The notes beneath the pieces were generated by a model, which was not told the DNA's origin, searched no databases, and saw only the letters and a program-made list of their open reading frames with translations. A stretch of 64,000 nt of DNA, from positions 1,728,001 to 1,792,000 of the forward strand of contig CAWFSF010000006.1 in assembly GCA_963818475.1 (NCBI GenBank). The letters run 5' to 3'. The stretch is from Nitrospirota bacterium. GTDB lineage: Bacteria; Nitrospirota; UBA9217. Position numbers and translations under genes: made by a program. Numbering within the stretch: the first letter of the stretch is position 1; every line of letters starts with the position of its first letter. Positions 45,843 through 55,552 of the stretch are shown piece by piece.

Positions 45843-46664
45843 ATGAAAAAGAAAACAGTCATTTTTATCGCAGTGCTTTTAGCAGTCGGTGCGATCCTAC
45901 TCGTTGTGAAGAATCTTGATTATCTTGTAGACAGGTACCAGTGGCACAAAGCTGATATAGCGGCCGAAACAAGACACGATGAAACATTAAAGAAGTTCAA
46001 AGCTGAGAATAAGTTGAGTTCAACTATAAACAGAGACATTGGAATAATATGTAGATCGGACAATAAATATGAAAGCGAAAAAACAAGTTTTCCTGATAAA
46101 AGGATTGACGTATATGATGCACCCTGTGGATCCGTGCTTGGAACTATTGGGCGTGTTAGCCGGTACTCATTAAATTTAATCGACAACAACCTGAAAAGTA
46201 TTGACATTGCAGACGCCGACAAAATCGAAATCGTTTATGAAGGAAACGTTCTTAAATATTATAAGGAAGATGAAGAATATGCAAACATCCTTACATATAC
46301 CCTTCCTGAAGGTGTCTGGATTCGCAAAGCCGATTTAAACGCCAATAACTTTAAAGCTCAAAGCTGGCTGAATTATCTGGTATCAAGCAAGAGGGAATAT
46401 CATTACCAATACAATAACGTTGAGTTAAGGAAATTTCCTAATTCGGATTCGGCAAGTGATACGATTGCTTCGATAGGTGGGGATTTAGATTACATTAGCT
46501 TTACTGGGAAAAACGACGGCTTCTGGGCCGAGGTAGTAGTTAATCGCTATGATAAGCATCCTTCGATGGAGGATGGAAAAATTGTTGAAAAGTTAAACGG
46601 CTGGATTCGCGCAGTAGACGATAACGGCAAACCGCGTGTCTGGTATTATACGCGCGGTATATAG
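45843..46664 (+). CDS. Exported hypothetical protein, possibly with SH3-like repeats (cassette)
   Basis: N-terminal TM; VELRKFPNSDS...WAEV...GWI pattern. Confidence 0.7.
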   Translation: MKKKTVIFIAVLLAVGAILLVVKNLDYLVDRYQWHKADIAAETRHDETLKKFKAENKLSSTINRDIGIICRSDNKYESEKTSFPDKRIDVYDAPCGSVLGTIGRVSRYSLNLIDNNLKSIDIADADKIEIVYEGNVLKYYKEDEEYANILTYTLPEGVWIRKADLNANNFKAQSWLNYLVSSKREYHYQYNNVELRKFPNSDSASDTIASIGGDLDYISFTGKNDGFWAEVVVNRYDKHPSMEDGKIVEKLNGWIRAVDDNGKPRVWYYTRGI

Positions 46665-46686
46665 AACCTCGTGATGTCAGCGATGA

Positions 46687-46744
46687 TTCTAACCATTTGA
46701 GAGAGAGGTCGCTAAAATCACGCCCCTCACGCGTGTTGTTAGCC
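46687..46744 (+). other. Degenerate attC site
   Basis: TTCTAAC...cccctcacgcgtgtt-GTTAGCC. Confidence 0.65.
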
Positions 46745-46754
46745 GGAGAGATAA

Positions 46755-48368
46755 ATGAGATTCAGTGAATTCAAAATAATGTTCATCGCTCTCTCAATTC
46801 TTTTTACAACATGCATATCAAGTGCATTCTCTGAAACAGTATATAAAGAGAATATCAAGGCGAGTTTTGCTTGCTCGAAGGCTTCATCCGCAACTGAGAA
46901 AGCGATTTGTTCTATTCATGAGCTAGCAGAAGCAGATGTCGAGATGGCCTCGATATATAAGAGTCTTCTGTCTGGCATGTCCACTTCCGAGCAATCGCAG
47001 CTGAAAGAAGATCAACTTACTTGGTTAAGGACACGAAACGACTGCGGCAACGACAAGAACATAGTCGCCTGCCTAAAAGAAGCGTATAAAGACCGAGTTG
47101 AAGTTCTCAAAAAGAAGCAGTCGGCCTCGCCTTTAACTGCGATAGAATTCTCCAACGTCAATAATGTTGACTGCAATAAAATATCTGCAAGACCCGATCT
47201 GACATTTTCATTTTGGATTAATGGCCGCAAAGTACGTTTAATTGCTATGGAAAGAGTTGTTAATAAAGAACGTCTAATGACAGTGTATTTAGAAGAAGAT
47301 AATCGATGCAGGTCTTTAGTATCTGATCCTGGTGGTTATGCCGCGTATTATTATCCGGTCAAAGATAAATATCCTGGAATAGCAATATATGGAAAGAAGG
47401 ATGCATTCGGTCAATCGAAACAATATTTCAGATGGACCGGCCAAACGTATGAGCAAATCAATCTTGCCGTATCAAATAAGATGAATGCAGCTGCTCAAGC
47501 CCTTCTTGATAAAGGACAGACAGAAAAAGCTATTGCGCTGTGGGAACAGGCTGCTGAGCTTACAAGAATTCCCGGCCTAAGTGTTTCTGCCAATCATGAA
47601 ATTAGCTATCGTCTGGGCTACGCATATTACAACAAAGGAAAAGAATATTTCGATAAGGCAACCGAATATCTGCAGGCTGGCATCAAAATAGATTCATCAC
47701 CCGATGGTGAACAACGTTGGTCAGCTAACCTTGCTTTGGGAGACATGTTTTCTCAAATGAATAAAGTTGATGACGCGATCCAACGTTACAAGTGGGGCAT
47801 CAATTATAGGCTACCACCTGAATCTAAATCAAAGATAATAGATGATATAAGGAAATTAAGAAAACTTCAGGCCCAGAATGGTTCTCTACCGGCGGGAGCG
47901 ATCACTGATCCTATTGAAGATTTTATTGCAGATGTACGCGTATTGAGTGCAGACGATGATTATGGCCACATTGTGCGAGTTATTGCTGACTTTAATAATG
48001 ACGGTTTACGAGATATAGCGATAAATACTTGGCCTTTCGGAACAGCCGTACCCGAGTGGCACCTATATTTGCAGGATAAGAACGGAAAGTATATTCGAGC
48101 GGAAGATATAGGCTTTCATCCCGCCGATATTCGCATACAACCAATCGATAAAAATAATGCAAAAATAATTGCGACGTCGTACGGATCTAGTCAAGATGAA
48201 CGCACCACAGTCGAATTTCTTATGTTCGGACGTGACATGGTTGGATTAGGGATTCCTGATGAAAGTAATAATAAATTATATTCTCAACCGCTTCAATATC
48301 CAACTTCGGAATATTGCATAATTCGGGACTACTTCAGTAAACAATGCCAATGGATAAGTGGTTATTGA
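46755..48368 (+). CDS. Secreted protein with LprI-like (lysozyme inhibitor) domain and TPRs (cassette)
   Basis: ASFACSKASSATEKAIC...QLTWLRTRNDC...CLKEAYKDR, followed by TPR-like helices. Confidence 0.75.
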   Translation: MRFSEFKIMFIALSILFTTCISSAFSETVYKENIKASFACSKASSATEKAICSIHELAEADVEMASIYKSLLSGMSTSEQSQLKEDQLTWLRTRNDCGNDKNIVACLKEAYKDRVEVLKKKQSASPLTAIEFSNVNNVDCNKISARPDLTFSFWINGRKVRLIAMERVVNKERLMTVYLEEDNRCRSLVSDPGGYAAYYYPVKDKYPGIAIYGKKDAFGQSKQYFRWTGQTYEQINLAVSNKMNAAAQALLDKGQTEKAIALWEQAAELTRIPGLSVSANHEISYRLGYAYYNKGKEYFDKATEYLQAGIKIDSSPDGEQRWSANLALGDMFSQMNKVDDAIQRYKWGINYRLPPESKSKIIDDIRKLRKLQAQNGSLPAGAITDPIEDFIADVRVLSADDDYGHIVRVIADFNNDGLRDIAINTWPFGTAVPEWHLYLQDKNGKYIRAEDIGFHPADIRIQPIDKNNAKIIATSYGSSQDERTTVEFLMFGRDMVGLGIPDESNNKLYSQPLQYPTSEYCIIRDYFSKQCQWISGY

Positions 48369-48383
48369 GCATTTGCCATTCCA

Positions 48384-48417
48384 TGCCAACCTGGCGCTCG
48401 ACAGCGACGCGTTAGGT
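48384..48417 (+). other. Internally deleted attC site
   Basis: TGCCAAC-ctggcgctcgacagcgacgc-GTTAGGT; right arm missing. Confidence 0.6.
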
Positions 48418-48422
48418 ACAAA

Positions 48423-48757
48423 ATGATTAAATATACATCATACCGATTCTGATCGCAGGCGGGGTGCTTTGGGTCGTCGGATGGCTCGCATTTCGTCATA
48501 TCCGTTTCTTAATAAGAGGCTGGATGGTCATCGGTCACGGACGGGATGAAATTGCCTACGTGGAGCGCGGAAAGGGCGAGATTGTTATCTATGCTGAGCT
48601 TATGGGGAGCGGCCCAATTAACCGAGTCATTTACCTTCCGGGTGAGGATAATTGGAGAACTAAGTGTCCCCCTTGGGCACAGAATCGAAGAGCGGAGATT
48701 GTGAAGAGAATTAAACAAGTTTTGCCGGAGTCGCGCTACAAGTACAGAAATGAATGA
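48423..48757 (+). CDS. Small membrane-anchored hypothetical protein (cassette; probable frameshift near start)
   Basis: ATG 48423 right after the attC; main frame 48464-48757. Confidence 0.55.
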
Positions 48758-48800
48758 ACCCCTTATTTGGGTAGAATGTCGTAAAAGAAACAGTAAATGA

Positions 48801-48862
48801 CTCTAACGGAGCGGGTCCACAGCGACGCGCCCAACGGCGACGCGTCACCCGCGTCGTTAATT
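48801..48862 (+). other. attC site
   Basis: CTCTAAC-ggagcgggtccacagcgacgcgcc...cgcgtcacccgcgtc-GTTAATT. Confidence 0.8.
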
Positions 48863-48909
48863 TGAAGTCAGACTCGTTCGCTCATGAGACAACAGGAAAA
48901 TCATTCACC

Positions 48910-49206
48910 ATGGCAAGACTATCACGACGGCGACGTATATTCTTCGTTATTTGGGTCACATATGTTCCCGGGGTATTTATTCTTAGCTACCCTCTTTCAA
49001 AAATGTTTTACTCAGGAATGCCTGTTTACGCAATAGCCGGAGCTTGGATGCTCGCATTTGTCATTTCTTCAATCTACTTATCATCCTTCCCCTGTTCGCG
49101 GTGCCATCGTTCATTCTTCTATACCTGCTGGTTCCATAATCCATTTGCTCGTCGCTGCGTTCATTGTGGTCTTCCTAAGTGGAGTGACCAGTATACTGTA
49201 AAGTGA
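48910..49206 (+). CDS. Small two-TM protein with C-terminal zinc-ribbon-like CxxC pairs (cassette)
   Basis: Two hydrophobic helices, then CSRC...CVHC. Confidence 0.6.
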   Translation: MARLSRRRRIFFVIWVTYVPGVFILSYPLSKMFYSGMPVYAIAGAWMLAFVISSIYLSSFPCSRCHRSFFYTCWFHNPFARRCVHCGLPKWSDQYTVK

Positions 49207-49255
49207 ACACATGGCTTCCTACTCCCTCGTTAACTAGACCTTCGCACAATACTCC

Positions 49256-49289
49256 TTGACAAATTTGGTGATACCGCATATAGTATCAC
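49256..49289 (+). promoter_or_regulatory. Toxin-antitoxin promoter with overlapping operator palindrome
   Basis: TTGACA-17 bp-TATAGT overlapped by GTGATAC-N8-GTATCAC; ATG at 49294. Confidence 0.75.
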
Positions 49290-49293
49290 TATC

Positions 49294-49719
49294 ATGCCTG
49301 ACAAAAAACTGCGGATAGTTTTGGATACCAACGTGTTGTACGCGGGTCTTTATTCATCTCAGGGCGCTTCGTTCAAGGTTTTACGTGCAATAGATGAAGG
49401 TAAACTGCGAATTGTATTATCCACGGCACTGCTCTTTGAGTATGAAGATATTTTAAAGAGAAATCAGGAAATATTGAATCTGTCGAGTCAGGGCATTGAA
49501 AAAATATTAGACAATCTGTGTTTGCTGAGCGAGCACCAAAAGATATATTATCTATGGCGACCACGTCTTTCAGACCCCAAAGACGACCTTGTATTGGAAT
49601 TGGCAGTTGCCTCGGGGGTAAAATATGTGGTGACGTTCAATACGGCGGATTTTAAGGGTGCAGAAAAATTCGGAGTTAAGTCAATTACACCAAAAGAACT
49701 GTTGGAGGTAATATTATGA
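49294..49719 (+). CDS. PIN-domain toxin of a type II TA system
   Basis: IVLDTNVL...EYE...DPKDDLVLELAV...VTFNTADF. Confidence 0.9.
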   Translation: MPDKKLRIVLDTNVLYAGLYSSQGASFKVLRAIDEGKLRIVLSTALLFEYEDILKRNQEILNLSSQGIEKILDNLCLLSEHQKIYYLWRPRLSDPKDDLVLELAVASGVKYVVTFNTADFKGAEKFGVKSITPKELLEVIL

Positions 49720-49952
49720 GTACTTTAAGTTTACGTTTACCGGGCTCTATTCATCGACATATCAGGGAAATAGCGAAGAAAGAAGGAGTTTCCATAAACC
49801 AGCTAATTTCATCTGCGGTAGCTGAAAAGATATCCGCATTGATGACAGAAGATTATTTAGGGGGGCGCGCAAAGAAGGCGAAGCGGGAAGATTTCAAGAA
49901 GATATTGGCAAAGGTTCCTTCCAGAAAACCGCTGCCCGGTGATGAGTTGTAG
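49716..49952 (+). CDS. RHH/HicB-like antitoxin
   Basis: LSLRLPGSIH...AKKEGVSINQLI. Confidence 0.88.
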   Translation: MSTLSLRLPGSIHRHIREIAKKEGVSINQLISSAVAEKISALMTEDYLGGRAKKAKREDFKKILAKVPSRKPLPGDEL

Positions 49953-49957
49953 TATTA

Positions 49958-50203
49958 ATCAGGTAGCCGGGGGATTCCCTCCCCCAGCCCCCACACCACC
50001 CGGCGTGCGGGTCCGCACCGGGCGGTTCGCGAAAGTCATCGGGCCGTATGGTGAATCTTGATCCACAGTGTTCGCATTGACGTAAGCCCCTGCTTCGTGA
50101 GATATGCGTTGGACAAGCCCACGTTTATCGCTTCGGTCTTCGCAAGATGCCAGTAGGCTTTCCTGCTCATTCCAGCCTTGACCGCGTGCCGCTCGCCCAC
50201 ACA
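49958..50203 (-). mobile_element. Group II intron remnant (maturase C-terminus plus domains V-VI)
   Basis: Minus strand gaaccgcccggtgcggacccgcacgccgggtggtgtgggggc...ccccggctacctgat is a class C-like DV/DVI; upstream frame encodes MSRKAYWHLAKTEAINVGLSNAYLTKQGLTSM. Confidence 0.85.
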
Positions 50204-50388
50204 GTTTTGTCTGACACCAGAGGCAGAGTACAACCAGATGGAAACCGAATTTCTTATTTACAATCTCGGTCCAGAACGGGAATATGAAACAGGTACCCTG
50301 CAACGACTATCAGTATTAAATAAACCACAAATTACTTGCATAATACATTTCCTTGAGTGGTGCTCGGGAGGACGATAAACGTTAGGTA

Positions 50389-50447
50389 GTTTAACCTGTC
50401 GTTCGAGTCCCGCGCTCTATGGCGCGGGGGTCAACTCGTTGTTGAAC
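50389..50447 (+). other. attC site
   Basis: GTTTAAC-ctgtcgttcgagtcccgcgc...gcgcgggggtcaactcgtt-GTTGAAC. Confidence 0.75.
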
Positions 50448-50459
50448 CGGGAAGGGACT

Positions 50460-51071
50460 ATGGCTGACGAGGATATGGATTTTCAGCTAATCTTCGCGAA
50501 GTATCATCCGAAGATCATTGGGTATCTGCGCCGGCTCGTGGGCGAAGCAAATGCCGAGGACGTGGCACAGGAGGTTTTTGTAAAGGTGAACAAGGGACTG
50601 GGCGATTTCCGGGGCGAGTCCCGGCTGTTCACCTGGATATATCGGATCGCCACCAATGCGGCCATGGACCATTTGCGGAAGCCGCCGCTCCGGCACGTCC
50701 GGCACACAACAAACCGCCCGGTTGATGACGATGACCTTGCGGCCGAGATCGATATGTTGCCGAAAGAGAGCGAACTGGCCCTTGATACGCTCTTGATCCG
50801 GAAGGATATGAACGAGTGCATTCGCAGCCTTGTGGATAGCCTGCCGGAGGGCTACCGGACCGTGCTGGTGTTGAGCGACGTGGAAGGCATGACGAATGCC
50901 GAGATTTGCGAGGTGCTTGGCCTCACGCTGGACACCGTGAAAATCAGGCTGCACCGGGCCAGGATACGGCTTAGAAAGGAATTCAATGCGCAGTGCCAGT
51001 TCTACCGCGATGAACGCAATGAGTTGGCCTGCGACCGGAAACCCGGCTATCTTCAGCTCAGGAAAATATAA
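50460..51071 (+). CDS. ECF sigma-70 factor with C-terminal cysteines (cassette)
   Basis: AEDVAQEVF, FTWIYRIATN, sigma4 VKIRLHRAR; tail CQFYRDERNELACD. Confidence 0.9.
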   Translation: MADEDMDFQLIFAKYHPKIIGYLRRLVGEANAEDVAQEVFVKVNKGLGDFRGESRLFTWIYRIATNAAMDHLRKPPLRHVRHTTNRPVDDDDLAAEIDMLPKESELALDTLLIRKDMNECIRSLVDSLPEGYRTVLVLSDVEGMTNAEICEVLGLTLDTVKIRLHRARIRLRKEFNAQCQFYRDERNELACDRKPGYLQLRKI

Positions 51072-51137
51072 AGAAAGCGTATCCTTTTCTTGCTTGCCGC
51101 CGTCTAAATAAATAAAGTACCAGAGGAGGGCGAGCCA

Positions 51138-51665
51138 ATGCTGTTAAAAGGATACCGTAAGGAGATCTTCAATCCAACCTGCAACTCCAACTTTCAGTCG
51201 GTCCACTGCATCGCACACCTGGATGAGGATATCGGCGAGGTCCTACCATATCTGAACGCTGTGCTGGGTGGCGACACCTATATCAAGAGTCCGCCGTCGG
51301 TTACGTTCAAGACCCATGGCAAGCTCATTACCGTCCATGCTCGGAAAATTGCAGTAAATGCTTTAAAAAATGAGGCCGAAGCGCATCATTTTCTCGAGTG
51401 GCTGAAGGAAGAAATCAACAATGCCTGGATAAATCGGGAAACGATAGTTCCTAAATTCGTCGGCGCTTCTAAACCACATATTCTCGAGGTCTATAAGCTC
51501 CTTCCCAAGACCAATTGCCGTAAGTGCGGCCAACCGACCTGCATGATGTTTTCCTCTCTTGCCGTTGACGGGATCAAAGGGCAGAATGATTGCCCGTCGC
51601 TGAAAGAAGAAGACGCGGAAAAGTTGCGAAATTATCTTGGTCAATTCAAGATTGGCTCGATATGA
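51138..51665 (+). CDS. (Fe-S)-binding protein with C-terminal AcsC/CdhE-like 4Fe-4S motif
   Basis: LLPKTNCRKCGQPTCMMF...CPSL. Confidence 0.8.
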   Translation: MLLKGYRKEIFNPTCNSNFQSVHCIAHLDEDIGEVLPYLNAVLGGDTYIKSPPSVTFKTHGKLITVHARKIAVNALKNEAEAHHFLEWLKEEINNAWINRETIVPKFVGASKPHILEVYKLLPKTNCRKCGQPTCMMFSSLAVDGIKGQNDCPSLKEEDAEKLRNYLGQFKIGSI

Positions 51666-51941
51666 ATTTGGATTGCATTCTCCAAGAATCCAAGACTGAT
51701 GCCCTCCTTGCCCCTCTTGGAAGAAGTTCAGGAATACTCGCAAATATACCTTCTCGCGAAAGAAAGGCAGAAAGGCTGTAACAGCATGGCTCAGTTTGTC
51801 ACGCTCAAAGAGGAATTCAAAGATGTAATTGACAAACTGTTTCACCATTGCCGACAGAAAAACAACCACCAACTCTCATTCGAAGAGAACGATCTTGATT
51901 CTCTTGCAGTCAGATTTTCGAAAATTGTCAAAGCGAGGTAA
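51662..51941 (+). CDS. Small hypothetical protein (probable frameshift near start)
   Basis: ATG overlapping previous stop; main frame 51699-51941. Confidence 0.45.
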
Positions 51942-51967
51942 GGAATAGATGTTCAAAAGGTCCAATT

Positions 51968-52023
51968 TCACAACACGCGGCTGTGGGTCGCTATGAATCG
52001 CGCCTCAGACCCGCGTGTTGAAT
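51968..52023 (+). other. Degenerate attC site
   Basis: TCACAAC-acgcggctg...cagacccgcgt-GTTGAAT. Confidence 0.65.
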
Positions 52024-52035
52024 CCAGAGGAAATA

Positions 52036-52905
52036 ATGAAAGTTTTAAATGTCTCAGAGGTCGTCTTCGGTCACAAAAGACTAGTCTGTCGTCAGGGTCG
52101 TCTGGTGGGTATCCTTTTTAGGATTGCCATGATCTGTGCGTTGGCGGTTCCTATCTTATTCTTGGGGGATCGGGGTTCACTCTGGCCATGCTTATTTATA
52201 GGATTTTTCTCCCTCCTCTTCATTCCGTCCCTTCTCACAGATATTCCTGCTCTTTGGCGAGAATCGAACTGGATACTAGTTGTTCAACCCGATGGATTGT
52301 GGGTTAATATTCGGTCTTGCTTCAACAGTCACCTCCCAGCTGGCCGAACCGCGGTCTGGATCGACATTGCAGAAATCGTCTCTTTAAGAAAATACGTGGA
52401 AACCCATTCAACGCCCGGCACCTCTCGTGGAGAAACTACTTTCGAAAAGACGATTCATCTGCAGGTTGAGCTGGCGCACAGCGATACGGAGCAACTGCGC
52501 GAAGCGCTCCAGTCGGAGCATGAGCTGGAACAAGCGAAACGTAAAGTGTTAGGCTTCATAAGTGTGTCATCAAAGACCCTTGACTATCCAGTTACACTGC
52601 CTCATTCTAACGAGGTGCGAATCAAGTGGCGCGGGCGCACCCATGTGGTGCCGTCGATCGATTCCGTCTTACGTGAAGTGACATTGAGAGGCAGGGCCGG
52701 CAAAACCGTGAAGGACGAGGTCGGCGATTGGCAAACCCTAGACGATGCAGCATTGGATGAACTGGTCCGCACTCTGCTGGCGTCAGGTGATCGCATCTCC
52801 GCAGCCAAACTGCTTGTCGCTCGTCGAGGGCTCTCACTGTCTGAAGCCATGCAGCATGTAAACCATGTTGATACGGGGTCAGAGTTGGTGAACCCAGAGG
52901 CTTAA
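52036..52905 (+). CDS. Hypothetical two-TM membrane protein (cassette)
   Basis: ORF between attC sites; C-terminus resembles an L7/L12-like helical motif (ISAAKLL...GLSLSEAM). Confidence 0.7.
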   Translation: MKVLNVSEVVFGHKRLVCRQGRLVGILFRIAMICALAVPILFLGDRGSLWPCLFIGFFSLLFIPSLLTDIPALWRESNWILVVQPDGLWVNIRSCFNSHLPAGRTAVWIDIAEIVSLRKYVETHSTPGTSRGETTFEKTIHLQVELAHSDTEQLREALQSEHELEQAKRKVLGFISVSSKTLDYPVTLPHSNEVRIKWRGRTHVVPSIDSVLREVTLRGRAGKTVKDEVGDWQTLDDAALDELVRTLLASGDRISAAKLLVARRGLSLSEAMQHVNHVDTGSELVNPEA

Positions 52906-52985
52906 CGGACGGATTATCCAGCGGTCGTTCCCAGATTATACGACTCGAAATAGCATAGGCACGTAATCAAAATATCAGAACAAGA

Positions 52986-53040
52986 ATTCCAGGGACCGGG
53001 TCGAGAGGGGCGCGAAAAACCGCCCCTCACCCGGGGCGTT
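52986..53040 (+). other. attC site interrupted at its core
   Basis: ccgggtcgagaggggcg...cgcccctcacccggggc-GTT; the remaining core sequence (gttagct) follows the insertion at 53613. Confidence 0.65.
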
Positions 53041-53612
53041 GAAGCTGTAGGAAAAGCCATTTTATGCTATAATGACGCCATGCAAAGGCAGTAAACACCC
53101 ATCAAAACCCCTCATAGCGGGAGGCGTATGGCGAAATACAAACACTACGACTATTCGCAAGGCAAATTCTTCCCGGCACGTTCGTCGCAGATGAGCAGCA
53201 CCTCGGAAGAGCTCGGGCCGGGGAAGGACGTCAGAGGATGACCATGGAAGTGACGAATGTAAACGGTGCTTTATCGGTCGAAGCCCGCAAAGGATCGGAG
53301 AGATGCAGTGTAGATGGATCTTCAAGGTGCATGTCTCTCATAAACTACCGATCAACAGGGGCATTCTTTCTATTTCGGGAAGATCTCGCCTGATGCCAGT
53401 AATAGCTTTACAGCATCGAAGCGGCAGAGGCAGTTTGCGTAGTCAGTAGGACGAAGGGCAGTAAAGAGAAGTAAACGATAAGCGTCAGGCAAGAAACAAT
53501 GATATAATGCAGCCGATCACCACGCTAAAGCAATAATCCGAACAGACAGAACAGATCACAGACGATAAATTGTAGAAAGAGTTTTTCGCAAAGTGACTTT
53601 TTCTACAGACTC
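53041..53612 (+). mobile_element. Deleted IS1182-family element inserted in an attC core
   Basis: Imperfect terminal inverted repeats gaagctgtaggaaaa / tttttctacagactc; GTT on both flanks; internal RBS+ATG encoding MAKYKHYDYSQGKFFP, resembling an IS1182 transposase N-terminus. Confidence 0.65.
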
Positions 53613-53630
53613 GTTAGCTGAGGGAATACG

Positions 53631-54092
53631 ATGGAACTCGATGACCCAAGATGGCAAAAGCTTAAGGGCGGATACAAGATTGAATACGATCCCACGCCTG
53701 TCCTGCGGAAACTTGAACTTGATAAAGCAGCCTGGGACGAGCTTTGGGAGAACCTACATCATCAAGGCGATGTTGGCGAGGCATCGTACGCGGTTGTACC
53801 CCATATTGTGAAAATTAGCCAGACAGTTGCTGAGCGAGACTGGAATATTTATGCGTTGGTATCAACAATTGAAATTGAAAGGCATCGGAAAGCTAATCCG
53901 GCCATTCCTTCTTGGCTACTCAAAGAATATGAACAAGCTTGGCAAAAGCTGCTTCAGCTCGGACTCGCAGATTTGCAGAATACAACAGATCCACTTCTCA
54001 TCAGAAGTATTCTGGGCGCGCTTGCACTTGCTAGAGACAGAGGTTCTTTACATGTTCGTAAACAACAGATATGCGGTGCTCGTCCAGGGTAA
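53631..54092 (+). CDS. Hypothetical helical protein (cassette; 3' end may be chimeric)
   Basis: MELDDPRWQKLKGGY...WDELWENLHHQGDVGEASYAVVPH. Confidence 0.7.
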   Translation: MELDDPRWQKLKGGYKIEYDPTPVLRKLELDKAAWDELWENLHHQGDVGEASYAVVPHIVKISQTVAERDWNIYALVSTIEIERHRKANPAIPSWLLKEYEQAWQKLLQLGLADLQNTTDPLLIRSILGALALARDRGSLHVRKQQICGARPG

Positions 54093-54258
54093 TAGTATAA
54101 ACAGTCTAAGAATTGAGGATGAATTGCTGATGATTGGTTCAGGGACTTATGGCTATGAAGGTGCACATGGCGATGTCATTGCCTTCGATGGAAACAGATC
54201 GTTTGACATTTGCCACTGGGAGTCCGGGATATAAAGGGATACCGTTTGGGCGTTTTGA

Positions 54259-54317
54259 TTCTAATCATTCGGCCGAGACCGACGGGCCACAGACGCGCGC
54301 TCACCTCCGCGTTCAGC
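54259..54317 (+). other. Degenerate attC site
   Basis: TTCTAAT-cattcggccgag...ctcacctccgc-GTTCAGC. Confidence 0.5.
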
Positions 54318-54389
54318 AGGTTGAGCTGAATGCATTAACTCTACAATAGCCGTTTAGTTGCATTTCTAACCGCATCGGGGAATATCTTC

Positions 54390-54751
54390 TGAGTATTAGC
54401 CAAATAAACAAAGTAGATTTAATTTCTCAATCGAAGACGGGTGAATTTTTTTTGATTATTGTCGTGGATGAGCCTTGGGTAGACAGCGATGAATTTAAAT
54501 ATCTGTTACAGGAAAAGCTAAACAATTATAGCGCCTATTTTTTAGACGGCCAAACTGCTTTGCAAGAGTACCAGATTGGAAGCAGCAGCGAGTTACCGTT
54601 AGGATTTCTTCTACTACTGCATTCCCAAACGACTACAGGAGTTCATTGGAAAATTAGAAGCAACAAAATCATATGGCTGACATTGTCAAACTACGTTGAT
54701 ACTAATGAATTCTATAGAAGGCGTCTTGAAATGTCAACTCGATTGGGATGA
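54390..54751 (+). pseudogene. Decayed DUF6572-like cassette gene
   Basis: NKVDLIS...LIIVVDEPW...LLQEKLNNYSAYFLDGQ; lacks a clear start codon. Confidence 0.45.
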
Positions 54752-55552
54752 ACGAAACGAAACCCATAGATGCCGTTGAATTTCGTTTAACTCAAGTTAC
54801 GAACTAACCTGCGGGTCCACGTCGGCAGGTCGGGTAGAATGACTTTGTCGAAACCCGACGTTCTGATTCTGCTCGGAACAGTCACAAAAGTAATGAATAG
54901 AACTGAAGAATGTCAGGTTTCGCAAGCTATACCGACGTACCGGCTCGGTGTCCCGAAACCTGGGGAACCGGCGATTATGAGGATGACGAATCGGTTCGAA
55001 CCAAGCGATCCTTGCTTCTTTTTTGCTTATGAAATGGCAGCTTCCAAGAATTTTGTTAACTTATTTCTAGTATGAAGTCTCTGGACGCAGCAATGAGTCG
55101 GCCGAGGAGCGCGTTCCGGGCATCAAGAGGTAAATAATTAAAATATGTTCAACCGATTAGATCAAGACTTTATCGATTGGTTTAAGGAAGATTATCCACA
55201 TTCGATACTTGCAAATCAGCTAATTCCTCCTATCCGTCATCGTAGATGGACGCGCGTCGGGTTTTACGTTGACATCAAGTGATAAGAGTTAGCCAAACTG
55301 GGAATGGATGATCGAAGGACACTTCCCAATATGAGGCCCTGTCATTGAAAGAGGAAGACCATCATGGCGGTGGGTGCTTATTAAGGGGCAAAGATGGTTA
55401 TGTTGATTGTCTGAATGTATGCTTATGGTGAATACCTTAAAGAGGAAGTACAGGATTAAAAGATTGATCGACTTCCTCCAGCGAAAACTAGACAAACGGG
55501 TCGATATGGGCGCGAACACCACGACCGACACCCTTAGTGTTGACCTGAAAGA

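Noticed and set aside
48910-49206. CSRCH in a small cassette protein as a heme-binding site
   Set aside because: It pairs with a second CxxC (CVHC), which fits a zinc ribbon better than cytochrome c.
49958-50203. RT fragment as part of a retron or DGR
   Set aside because: Only a maturase C-terminus with group II intron DV/DVI is present; no RT core, msr/msd or TR/VR pair.
54780-55480. Short ORFs and half-attC sequences in the distal array
   Set aside because: Too fragmented to call; treated as cassette debris.
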